A stretch of 64,000 bases of DNA from Bacteroidales bacterium Bact_19 (GTDB lineage: Bacteria; Bacteroidota; Bacteroidia; Bacteroidales; ML635J-15): contig LUZK01000016.1 in assembly GCA_001603595.1 (NCBI GenBank), positions 20,408 through 84,407 on the forward strand. The letters are read 5' to 3'. Shown in pieces: positions 48,388 to 59,039 of this stretch. A program made the translations under genes and the position numbers. The number at the start of each line of letters is the position of its first letter. Positions within the stretch are counted from its first letter, which is position 1. Under the pieces are notes generated by a model. The model was not told the origin of the DNA. It ran no database searches and worked only from the letters and a program-made list of their open reading frames with translations.

Positions 48388-48810
48388 ATGAAAATATTAC
48401 AAAAAGAATTTTCAGTTTTGCCTTCAAAAAGCGGAATGAACATAATCACTCACGAAATAATAAAAAACATTCCGGAGATTAAAGATTACAAATCAGGCAT
48501 TTTATTCCTATTTTTAAAACACACATCAGCATCTCTTACCATAAATGAAAACTACGATCCAACAGTACAGACTGACCTCAATAATTTTTGCGAGAGTTTC
48601 ACAAACGAAAAATCAGAAACATTTTTCCACACAGCCGAAGGTCCGGATGATATGCCTGCACATATTTTATCTTCGTTTATCGGAACAAGTATAAACATAC
48701 CTATTACTCAAGGCAGATTAAACCTCGGAATATGGCAAGGGATTTTTCTTTTTGAACATCGAAAGTCCAGATCAGCAAGAAAAATTGTTGCAACAATTAT
48801 AGGAGATTAG
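48388..48810 (+). CDS. yjbQ: YjbQ family (UPF0047) secondary thiamine-phosphate synthase-like protein
   Basis: 140 aa with the HTSASLTINEN and PAHILSS motifs. Confidence 0.85.
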   Translation: MKILQKEFSVLPSKSGMNIITHEIIKNIPEIKDYKSGILFLFLKHTSASLTINENYDPTVQTDLNNFCESFTNEKSETFFHTAEGPDDMPAHILSSFIGTSINIPITQGRLNLGIWQGIFLFEHRKSRSARKIVATIIGD

Positions 48811-50291
48811 AGTAAAGATTTTTTCACTGCATTTTTCCATCTTGAATAGTAAGTTTCTCGCAAATTTAAATCAATTTCAGGCTTAAAGATCTTTTCGATT
48901 TTTCTAACTTCCTTTAAAGATTTATAGTTATGAAATCCTGTTGATAAAGAAGCGAGCATTGCAGCACCAAGAGCTGTGGATTCAACATTTTGCGGACGGT
49001 GTACCATCACATTCAAAATATCTGATTGAAACTGCATAATAAAATTATTTTTAGCTGCTCCACCATCAACGTTCAAAACTTTTATGTCAATTTCGCTATC
49101 GGTTTTCATTGCGTCGAGAACATCTCTGGTTTGATAAGCCATAGCTTCAAGCGTTGCTCTCACTATATGACGAAAATCAGAACCTCCAGTAATACCGCAT
49201 AATATTGCATCTGCATCCATTCTCCAATATGGTGCACCAAGACCGGAAAAAGCAGGGACAAAATAAACTCCGCCGTTATCAGGAATACTCAAAGCTATTA
49301 ATTCAGTATCCTCAGCTTTTTCAATAATTTTTAGTTTATCACGAAGCCACTGAACACCGGCACCGGCAATAAACACGCTACCTTCGAGAGCATAAACTGT
49401 TTCATTACCGATTTTCCATCCAATCGTTGTTAAAAGTCCGGATTTGGAAATTACACAATTTTTACCGGTATTCATCAATATAAAACAACCGGTGCCGTAG
49501 GTATTTTTTACATCACCTTCATCAAAGCAAGTTTGCCCGAACAATGCTGCCTGCTGATCACCTGCAATCCCTGCAATATTAATAGCTACATTATCAAAAA
49601 TATCGGCTCTTGACTGACCACAAATAAAAGAGCTGTCCACAACCTCGGGCATCATGCATAAGGGAATATCAAAAAATTCGAGTAGCTCACGATCCCATAT
49701 TAAATTTTCGATATCAAAAAGCATTGTTCTCGAAGCATTCGTAAAATCGGTTATATGGAGTTTCCCGCCTGTTAGATTCCATATCAACCAGGTGTCAACA
49801 GTGCCGAAAAGCAGATCTCCGTTTTTAGCTTTTTGTTTTGCTCCCTCAACATTATTTAGAATCCAATTAAGTTTTGTTGCAGAGAAATAAGAATTTACAA
49901 CAAGCCCGGTTTTATGCAATATTTTTTTATCAAAGCCGGTATTTTTTAATTGATTGCAAAATTCAGCAGTTCTGTTATCTTGCCATATTATGGCATTATA
50001 AACAGGTTTTCCTGTATTTTTATCCCAAACTATAGTAGTTTCTCTCTGATTAGTTATTCCGATAGCGGTTATTTCAGAAGATTTTAATCCCGATTTTGCA
50101 ATGGCTTTACGTGCAACATAAAATTGGTTTTCGCGAATTTCGAGAGGATCTTGTTCAACCAATCCGGGTTTTGGAAAAAACTGTACTGTTTCGAGTTGTT
50201 CTAAAGCCAATATATTAAAATTATTATCGAAGACAATTGCCCTTGAGCTGGTAGTACCTTGGTCTAAACTAAGAAAGTATGCTTGTTTCAT
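48807..50291 (-). CDS. glpK: glycerol kinase
   Basis: LSLDQGTTSSRAIVF FGGY N-terminal motif, colinear over the full length. The ATG at 50291 lies 1 nt after the upstream gene's stop. Confidence 0.95.
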   Translation of the reverse strand: MKQAYFLSLDQGTTSSRAIVFDNNFNILALEQLETVQFFPKPGLVEQDPLEIRENQFYVARKAIAKSGLKSSEITAIGITNQRETTIVWDKNTGKPVYNAIIWQDNRTAEFCNQLKNTGFDKKILHKTGLVVNSYFSATKLNWILNNVEGAKQKAKNGDLLFGTVDTWLIWNLTGGKLHITDFTNASRTMLFDIENLIWDRELLEFFDIPLCMMPEVVDSSFICGQSRADIFDNVAINIAGIAGDQQAALFGQTCFDEGDVKNTYGTGCFILMNTGKNCVISKSGLLTTIGWKIGNETVYALEGSVFIAGAGVQWLRDKLKIIEKAEDTELIALSIPDNGGVYFVPAFSGLGAPYWRMDADAILCGITGGSDFRHIVRATLEAMAYQTRDVLDAMKTDSEIDIKVLNVDGGAAKNNFIMQFQSDILNVMVHRPQNVESTALGAAMLASLSTGFHNYKSLKEVRKIEKIFKPEIDLNLRETYYSRWKNAVKKSLL

Positions 50292-50292
50292 A

Positions 50293-51219
50293 TTACAAGT
50301 TTTTTTCAATCCACATTAAGATATCGTTATATATGTCTTCCTTATTAATTTCGTTTAAAATTTCGTGGCGAGCACCGGGATAGAGTTTAAATTCGACATT
50401 TTTCAATCCTGCTTTCTTGTAGAATTCCATAGCTTTTTTTACGCCGATTCCGAAATCACCAACAGGGTCATCTTCGCCCGACAAAAAAATTATTGGTAAT
50501 GATTTAGGAATTTTACGAGCTTCGTTAAAATTTAGGGAGAATAAAATTCCGCTAAAAAAATGCTTATAAAACGAACAAGAAAAAACTCCACCGCAATATG
50601 GGTCTGCAATATAATCTTCGACAATTCTTTTATCGCGTGTTAACCATGCATAAGGTTCTCCGAATTTTTTATCATATTTACCAAAACTCAATTTATTGAG
50701 AAGTTTTGCTTTTTTACCGGGGCCAAATATAAAACATTGTAAGCTAGCTAAAATACGTCCGAAAATAAGTTCAATTTTGGAAAATGTGCCACTTCCGGTT
50801 AGAATCACCCCTTTGACACCTAAGCAATATCTTGTAATGAAAGAGCGAATCAAGAAAGATCCCATACTATGCCCGAGAATAAAAACCGGAACATTTGGAA
50901 AACTTTTTGCGGCAATATCATTAAGAATTTTAAGATCGTCAATAATTAAATCCCATGTTTTTGGTCTTTTCCATACACCATATTGTCCGGGTTTGAGGCA
51001 ATTTCGGCCATGTCCTCTATGATCTGAAGCATAAACAGCAGCTCCTTTTTCTACCAAAAATTTGGCAAAATGAGTATATCTTTCAGAATGTTCGGCCATA
51101 CCGTGAGCTATTTGTAAAACAAATCTCACCTTTGAAATATCATCTGGCAGAAATTCATTATAGAAAATTGTTTTTCCATCTGGTGTTCTAAACCAATTTT
51201 CAATAATTTTCATGGACAA
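50293..51219 (-). CDS. alpha/beta hydrolase, lysophospholipase / monoacylglycerol lipase-like
   Basis: 308 aa with HG oxyanion motif (AHGMAEHS), GHSMGS nucleophile elbow and C-terminal ARHEILNE. Confidence 0.8.
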   Translation of the reverse strand: MSMKIIENWFRTPDGKTIFYNEFLPDDISKVRFVLQIAHGMAEHSERYTHFAKFLVEKGAAVYASDHRGHGRNCLKPGQYGVWKRPKTWDLIIDDLKILNDIAAKSFPNVPVFILGHSMGSFLIRSFITRYCLGVKGVILTGSGTFSKIELIFGRILASLQCFIFGPGKKAKLLNKLSFGKYDKKFGEPYAWLTRDKRIVEDYIADPYCGGVFSCSFYKHFFSGILFSLNFNEARKIPKSLPIIFLSGEDDPVGDFGIGVKKAMEFYKKAGLKNVEFKLYPGARHEILNEINKEDIYNDILMWIEKNL

Positions 51220-51227
51220 AAATATTT

Positions 51228-52328
51228 TTACGATTTAAATAATTCATTAAATTCATTGAGTTGATAATCCTCTGCAATAGTTTTCATTTCATTCCAGAGA
51301 GCTTTATTTATAGGAACTCCATTTTTAGTTCGTTCACGAAGGTTAAGAAATTCTTTCTCACCTGCAGTAAAAATTCTGTCGTATCCGGGCATTTTTTTTG
51401 AGGCTCTTAATTCACGTAAAATATCACCTGTAATTTTTTTAAATTTATCAAGTTCAGTAAAACTTTCAATATTTATTGCGATAAAGAAATGTCCTAAACG
51501 ATAAGGCACTTTTTTACCATTTTCCATGCCTGTAAGAGCCCTCATAAATGCACCTCCCTGAAGAGCGGCCGATAAAATTTCCACGACAGTAGCATAACCG
51601 TAACCTTTATAACCAGCTGTTTCTTCACCAATTCCACCCAAAGGGGCAAGAGCAGCTTTTCCTTTAGTAAGGTCGTCCAAAACTTGAACAGGATCGGTTT
51701 TCGATTCTCCATTTTCGTCAATAGCCCATCCTTTAGGCAATTCTTTACCTATTTTGGCGTAATATTCAAATTTTCCACGTTGACTAACAGAAGTTGCACA
51801 ATCAAGGAAGAAAGGGAATTCTTCGTCTGTTGGCATGACAAAAGTCAGAGGATTAGTTCCAAGCATATTTTCGACACCGAAAGTAGGAGCAATTGAAGGA
51901 CGAGCATTTGTACCTGTAATTCCAATCATCCCTTCATCAGCTGCCATGAGTCCATAATAACCAGCAATACCATAGTGAGAACTATTTCGTACGGCAACCA
52001 TTCCCATTCCGTAAATTTTTGCTTTATCAATACACATTTGCATTGCCTTTTTAGAAACAACATGTCCCATGCCATTATTAGCATCTAGAACGGCAGTGGT
52101 AAAAGTTTCCTTGATAATGTCAATTTTAGTAACCGGATTTAAAATCCCGTCTTTTATTCTATCCAAATAAATTGGTTTTAATCTGTTAATTCCATGCGAA
52201 TCAATGCCAAGTTTATCAGCAGTAACCAAAACATCAGCAACAATTTGAGCGTCTTCAACAGGCAATCCTGCTTTTATTAATGCAGCAACACAAAATCTTT
52301 TAAGTGTATCAAAATCCAAATATTTCAT
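51228..52328 (-). CDS. Ldh family (malate/L-lactate dehydrogenase family 2) oxidoreductase
   Basis: Ldh_2 family layout (SHGINRL, NSSHYG). First ATG at 52328. Confidence 0.85.
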   Translation of the reverse strand: MKYLDFDTLKRFCVAALIKAGLPVEDAQIVADVLVTADKLGIDSHGINRLKPIYLDRIKDGILNPVTKIDIIKETFTTAVLDANNGMGHVVSKKAMQMCIDKAKIYGMGMVAVRNSSHYGIAGYYGLMAADEGMIGITGTNARPSIAPTFGVENMLGTNPLTFVMPTDEEFPFFLDCATSVSQRGKFEYYAKIGKELPKGWAIDENGESKTDPVQVLDDLTKGKAALAPLGGIGEETAGYKGYGYATVVEILSAALQGGAFMRALTGMENGKKVPYRLGHFFIAINIESFTELDKFKKITGDILRELRASKKMPGYDRIFTAGEKEFLNLRERTKNGVPINKALWNEMKTIAEDYQLNEFNELFKS

Positions 52329-52491
52329 TATGGCAATCAATTAAAAATTTTTTAAAATTATAAAAAATTAATATTTCATAAAAAAATATTTTTAATTAAA
52401 AAAAATAATTGTAAATTATTGATTATCAAAATTTTCATTTGTAGATAAAAAAATTTTTTGAAAAATATTTGCAAGTAATTTAATAGATTAT

Positions 52492-52499
52492 TATTTTTG
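52492..52499 (+). promoter_or_regulatory. -7 promoter box TATTTTTG for the tRNA-Gly/tRNA-Leu pair
   Basis: TAnnTTTG match ending 10 nt before the tRNA-Gly 5' end. Confidence 0.45.
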
Positions 52500-52509
52500 C
52501 AGTGCAATT

Positions 52510-52582
52510 GCGAGAATAGCTCAGTTGGTAGAGCACAACCTTGCCAAGGTTGGGGTCGCGAGTTCGAGTCTCGTTTCTCGCT
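52510..52582 (+). tRNA. tRNA-Gly (anticodon GCC)
   Basis: Hand-folded cloverleaf: acceptor GCGAGAA/UUCUCGC, anticodon arm CAACC-UUGCCAA-GGUUG, T loop UUCGAGU. Confidence 0.93.
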
Positions 52583-52604
52583 CTTTTTTTTAAACAATTT
52601 GGTT

Positions 52605-52690
52605 GCCCAGGTGGCGGAATTGGTAGACGCGCTGGACTTAAAATCCAGTGGTCAGTAATGACCGTGCCGGTTCGATTCCGGCCCCGGGTA
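52605..52690 (+). tRNA. tRNA-Leu (anticodon TAA), class II with a long variable arm
   Basis: Anticodon arm CUGGA-CUUAAAA-UCCAG, variable arm GGUCA-GUAA-UGACC, T arm GCCGG-UUCGAUU-CCGGC. The acceptor stem has an A5xC68 mismatch and a G1-U72 pair. Confidence 0.88.
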
Positions 52691-52743
52691 CAGAGCAGGG
52701 CTAAGTCTCTGCTTTTATTTTTAATAATTAAAATGCTTTAAAA

Positions 52744-53553
52744 ATGGAAAGATTAGATCAAGTCTATGTATGGCTAATTAACAACGGTATAAGATTTTTT
52801 GGTGCCATAATATTCCTAATTGTAGGTTTTTGGCTATCAAAATTTTTGTTGAAACAACTCGGAAAAATCCTCAAAAAAAGGAATATTGATCCCGGTTTGA
52901 TAACCTTCCTACGAAGTTTTTCTGGTATAGCTTTAAAAATTGTGATAATTATTTCCGTTATGGGAATGGTGGGAATAGAAATGACCTCATTCATTGCAGT
53001 TTTAGGAGCTGCAGGTTTAGCAATAGGTCTTGCTTTTCAGGGATCATTGGCTAATATTGCTGGTGGGGTAATGATTTTATTGTTTAAGCCGTTTAGAGTA
53101 GGTGATTTCATTGATGCACAAGGATCTTCTGGAACTGTTGATGAAATTCAAATTTTTCACACTATACTTAAAACTCCAGACAATAAAGTGATTGTTATTC
53201 CAAATGCTTCTATTTCAAACAATACTATAACAAATTTCACAAAACAGAATATTCGGAGATTAGAATGGAAATTTTCAGTTGCTTACGGAACAAATTTCAA
53301 GACTGCTCGCGATATTATTGAAAACTGCATCAAAGAAGATACAAGAATACTAGCTGAACCGGAATATTTTATTGGTTTATCCGAAATGGCAGATTCCTCT
53401 GTAAATATCCTTGTGAGAGCATGGTCATCAACACAGGATTTCTGGAATGTTTTTTTTGATTTTAACGAGAAAATTTATAATGCATTCAACGAAAACGAAA
53501 TACAAATACCATTCCCCCAACTCGATGTACATTTAAAAAATCAAAACAAATGA
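52744..53553 (+). CDS. small-conductance mechanosensitive channel (MscS family)
   Basis: Three N-terminal TM helices followed by LANIAGGVMILLFKPFRVGDFI...GTVDEI, the MscS beta-domain signature. Confidence 0.88.
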   Translation: MERLDQVYVWLINNGIRFFGAIIFLIVGFWLSKFLLKQLGKILKKRNIDPGLITFLRSFSGIALKIVIIISVMGMVGIEMTSFIAVLGAAGLAIGLAFQGSLANIAGGVMILLFKPFRVGDFIDAQGSSGTVDEIQIFHTILKTPDNKVIVIPNASISNNTITNFTKQNIRRLEWKFSVAYGTNFKTARDIIENCIKEDTRILAEPEYFIGLSEMADSSVNILVRAWSSTQDFWNVFFDFNEKIYNAFNENEIQIPFPQLDVHLKNQNK

Positions 53554-54458
53554 TAATGAAAAGAACATTAATTATTATTGGAGTTTTATTAACATTTTTT
53601 AACTTAAGTATTACAGCCCAACAAGATACAATAAAATCAAACTGGAAATTTTCGGGTATTACGGCTTTAAATATTTCGCAGATAAGTTTTTCAAATTGGG
53701 CTGCCGGCGGGGATAACTCGATCAATGGCAATACTTTTGCAAAGATTTCAGCCAACTATAAAAAGAATAAAAGTATCTGGGATAACAACCTCGACTTAGG
53801 ATACGGCTTAATGAAGCAAGGGAAAAAAGAAAATTCAAAATTCTTTAAAACAGACGACAGAATAGAATTTGCATCAAAATATGGAAAATTTGCCTTTGAT
53901 CATTGGTATCACACCGCTTTGATTAGCTTTAAAACACAATTTACCGAAGGCTACAAGTCAATAAATGACACTATTAAAATTTCTGATTTTATGTCTCCGG
54001 GGTATTTTAATATTTCGATAGGTATGGATTACAAGCCCCTGGATAAATTAACAGTTTTAATTTCTCCTGTATCAGGGAAATTAACATTTGTTAAGGATAG
54101 CATATTATCTTATGCTGGTGCTTTTGGTGTAAAGCCTGGCGAAAATGTTCGTAAAGAATTCGGTGGATTTATTAAAATTCAATATAAAACTGATTTTTTT
54201 AAAAATATATCATATTCAACAAAGCTCGAATTATTCTCAAATTATTTATATAAGCCACAAAACATAGATGTTAACTGGGACAATCTCCTTACTTTGAAAA
54301 TAAACAGTTTGTTCACTGCCTCATTCCAATATACATTATTATATGATGATGACATAAAAATTAAATACGACTCGAATGGTGATAACATTCCGGATTCAGA
54401 AGGAGCAAGATTGCAAAGTCGCCAAATTTTCGGTATAGGATTAAGTTATAAGTTTTAG
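53550..54458 (+). CDS. DUF3078 domain-containing outer-membrane-like protein
   Basis: Signal peptide, then WKFSGITALNISQISFSNWAAGGDNSI, typical of DUF3078. Ends in an aromatic residue (YKF). The start overlaps the mscS stop. Confidence 0.7.
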   Translation: MIMKRTLIIIGVLLTFFNLSITAQQDTIKSNWKFSGITALNISQISFSNWAAGGDNSINGNTFAKISANYKKNKSIWDNNLDLGYGLMKQGKKENSKFFKTDDRIEFASKYGKFAFDHWYHTALISFKTQFTEGYKSINDTIKISDFMSPGYFNISIGMDYKPLDKLTVLISPVSGKLTFVKDSILSYAGAFGVKPGENVRKEFGGFIKIQYKTDFFKNISYSTKLELFSNYLYKPQNIDVNWDNLLTLKINSLFTASFQYTLLYDDDIKIKYDSNGDNIPDSEGARLQSRQIFGIGLSYKF

Positions 54459-54474
54459 TTTATTTGAACTTAAA

Positions 54475-56481
<2,007 letters not shown>

Positions 56482-56536
56482 TTATTGCATAAAAATAATA
56501 ATTTTGATTTTTAAATTTTTAACTTTGGAAAAAAAC

Positions 56537-57736
56537 ATGAAAAATTTAATTATTTACATATCTATTATCCTTTTAATAATTAGCCTAAATGGTTGTAATG
56601 GAGATAACTCAAAAAGTAAAAATAATGAAATCGAAGAAAATAAAGATGCAACCATAAATTTTGAAGAAAAACAGGCAACATTGATAGCAGAAGATTTTTT
56701 AAAAGAGTTTTATCAAATATTAGGAGAAAATAATATTGAAAAGAGTTTGGATCTCTTTTCTGATTCGGTAAAACAAAAACCCGGAGTTGAAGCCTTGAAA
56801 AGCGGACTTAACAAAAGAGCAGAGCTAATGGGACTCCCAAAAAATTTTGAAATTCTTAACTCAGAAAAAAAAGACTCCATAATAACAGTTTATACAATTG
56901 TGTTTTCAAAACAATCCAAACATAACTACGAAAAATTAGTTTTGATAAATGAAGGTATTTCAACAAAAATTGCCACCTATGAATTCAGTCCTATCCCGTA
57001 TTACGATCTTAATTTTGCTAACAATCCTAAATCAGAAGTTTTCAAAACAACCCAAAGTTTTTACAATCTGTTAAACAAAAAAGATTTTAATTCTATAGTA
57101 AAAATGGCTGATGAAAGTCTAACAGATAATTTCTCTGATGAAGATCTTGTAAAAATTGTAAAAAACTATGCAGATAACAGTCCTGATATTTCAAGTTTTA
57201 AAATCACCAACATTATAATTGATTATCAACAAAATATCGGAGTTATAAAAATTGATTGCGAAGCAAAAACTGTTGACCATAAATCAATTTTTGATTCTTT
57301 CGAATTTGCTGACAGAAAAGGAAAATTAAAAATTATTAAATATCAACGAAATACAAATAATAACAGAATTATTAACCCCGATATTACTGAAAATGAATAC
57401 GGTATGCTGAAAAAAGAAGCTGGACTGTTCTACGAATTACTTTCAAAAAGTGAACTTGAAAAAATTTACAATAAAATAGATCAAATTGTAAAATCACAAT
57501 ATGATAAAAATACAATCATGAATTCTTTTATTCAACGAAATCAATATTACGGTAAACCTGTTAATTACTCACAAAATTCGCATCAAACGACAATTGTCTC
57601 GGGGAAAAAACTTGTGGTTTTTAGTTTTACAGTGGAAAATGCAAATCAAATAAAATCAGCAGAAAAAATAGGTTTAATGCTTCAGGAAAAAGGCGATCCC
57701 ACAATTTACAGTTACGAATATACTCCGATACAATAG
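56537..57736 (+). CDS. hypothetical lipoprotein with three internally similar ~120-aa modules
   Basis: ATG at 56537, then MKNLIIYISIILLIISLNGC lipobox. Repeated helix starts (AEDFLKEFYQIL, TTQSFYNLLNKKDF, EAGLFYELLSKSEL) suggest tandem NTF2-like modules. Confidence 0.6.
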   Translation: MKNLIIYISIILLIISLNGCNGDNSKSKNNEIEENKDATINFEEKQATLIAEDFLKEFYQILGENNIEKSLDLFSDSVKQKPGVEALKSGLNKRAELMGLPKNFEILNSEKKDSIITVYTIVFSKQSKHNYEKLVLINEGISTKIATYEFSPIPYYDLNFANNPKSEVFKTTQSFYNLLNKKDFNSIVKMADESLTDNFSDEDLVKIVKNYADNSPDISSFKITNIIIDYQQNIGVIKIDCEAKTVDHKSIFDSFEFADRKGKLKIIKYQRNTNNNRIINPDITENEYGMLKKEAGLFYELLSKSELEKIYNKIDQIVKSQYDKNTIMNSFIQRNQYYGKPVNYSQNSHQTTIVSGKKLVVFSFTVENANQIKSAEKIGLMLQEKGDPTIYSYEYTPIQ

Positions 57737-57749
57737 GGTAAAGTAAAAA

Positions 57750-58742
57750 TTAGTAAGGCATTTTAAGTGAACTAATATAATAATCATATGTCGTTTTCCA
57801 CTTCCTTTTGGTTGGGACAGAATACACTTCCGTAGTCTGTTGTGTAATGAAATTTCTATAGATATTTTCCATATCGGTAAATATCCGCCAGACAAACCTA
57901 AGATTCAAACTGTATTTCCCAAGTGGATCAAATCGTCGAAACAATGAAAATAAATAAAAATTATTGTACTGCTGTAAATATTTTGTCGAAACCCCACAAA
58001 GTTTATGATTTATCCACAGCTTCAAATCTTTATTCATACCAATAAACCGATTTATCTTAATCGCTTTTTTAGTTTTATTCGCAACCTTTAAATCATCATG
58101 ATTAAGACTCATTTTCTTAACAAAACCTAAATAACAGTTTCGCGAAGAACTTATGATTTTACTTTCCGGTTTTATCCTTCCGCAAAACACCTTCAACAAA
58201 TGTTTTTCCCGTAGCTTACCTACTGTTGCAAGTCTAAACATGGATGCTGTTTCATCGGTTGATGATACGGTTTTCGAACAATTTTTATCATCGGCAAGAG
58301 TAATTTTACCTCCGTGCTTTCGGGGATTATCCACTTCTTTCCTACCTTTACGACTAAATCGCAACCACAAATCATCACAAATAACCTCTCTACCAAATGT
58401 AAATTCTTCGGGAGAAAGTGAGGCCAATATTTTGTGTCTCCAGTCAAATGCTGTTAGTGGAGCAATTTTTAATCTCTTACACATTGCACGGAGTGTATCT
58501 AAACCTCTATTTTTAATATCCTCAGCATACTCGATAAAAACAACTTTTTTCTTCAAATAATGTATTGATGTCCCGGTACTTGGAATAAAAGTCCTTTTAC
58601 AACTGCAACATCTGTACCTTTCTGTATATTTATACCTACCGTGACGATAAAATTTTTGACTATTACAGTAAGGACAATGTGTAACTTCTAATACAGAAGA
58701 ATATAGATTAACAAGTCTTTTATCGTAAACTTCAGGTGACAT
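57750..58742 (-). CDS. IS1595-family transposase-like zinc-ribbon protein, possibly catalytically inactive (paralog B)
   Basis: CPYC...CCSC zinc ribbon followed by FIPSTGTSIHY. Colinear with paralog A, including the C-terminal tail SVPTKRKWKT. First ATG at 58742; the track start at 58760 is a TTG. A minus-strand TATTTTTG box lies at 58758-58765. Confidence 0.6.
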   Translation of the reverse strand: MSPEVYDKRLVNLYSSVLEVTHCPYCNSQKFYRHGRYKYTERYRCCSCKRTFIPSTGTSIHYLKKKVVFIEYAEDIKNRGLDTLRAMCKRLKIAPLTAFDWRHKILASLSPEEFTFGREVICDDLWLRFSRKGRKEVDNPRKHGGKITLADDKNCSKTVSSTDETASMFRLATVGKLREKHLLKVFCGRIKPESKIISSSRNCYLGFVKKMSLNHDDLKVANKTKKAIKINRFIGMNKDLKLWINHKLCGVSTKYLQQYNNFYLFSLFRRFDPLGKYSLNLRFVWRIFTDMENIYRNFITQQTTEVYSVPTKRKWKTTYDYYISSLKMPY

Positions 58743-58770
58743 TAGTAAAAATTTTTGCAAAAATAAAAAT

Positions 58771-58794
58771 TTTCAACATTATTTTGTATCACAG
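58771..58794 (+). repeat. 24-nt motif TTTCAACATTATTTTGTATCACAG upstream of paralog B
   Basis: 23 of 24 positions match 37491-37514. Confidence 0.5.
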
Positions 58795-58874
58795 TAAAAA
58801 CATTAATAACATTTCGTAACAGAAAATATCCAATTTTCCTGAAGTGCAACAAAATCTAAATTCACGAAAGTTTC

Positions 58875-58894
58875 TACTGTGTTCACTCACAGTA
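58875..58894. promoter_or_regulatory. perfect 20-bp palindrome TACTGTGTTCACTCACAGTA (CTGT-N8-ACAG, LexA/SOS-box-like)
   Basis: It lies in the divergent intergenic region, 146 nt upstream of the dinB ATG and 133 nt upstream of the paralog B ATG. Confidence 0.45.
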
Positions 58895-59039
58895 CATGTA
58901 TGGAACTGTGCAGCGTGGAATCCACATGCTAAGCATTAGTTAATTAGATGACTAATTTCTAATTCAGGATAAAAAAATTTTTATTTGTTTTGATTTTTTG
59001 ATTATTTTGCAATCGTATTTGATTTTATTTTAATCTTTT

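Noticed and set aside
52376-52741. Track ORFs 52376-52597 (-) and 52541-52741 (+).
   Set aside because: They overlap the tRNA-Gly and tRNA-Leu genes, and their translations are just read-through of tRNA sequence. They are not coding.
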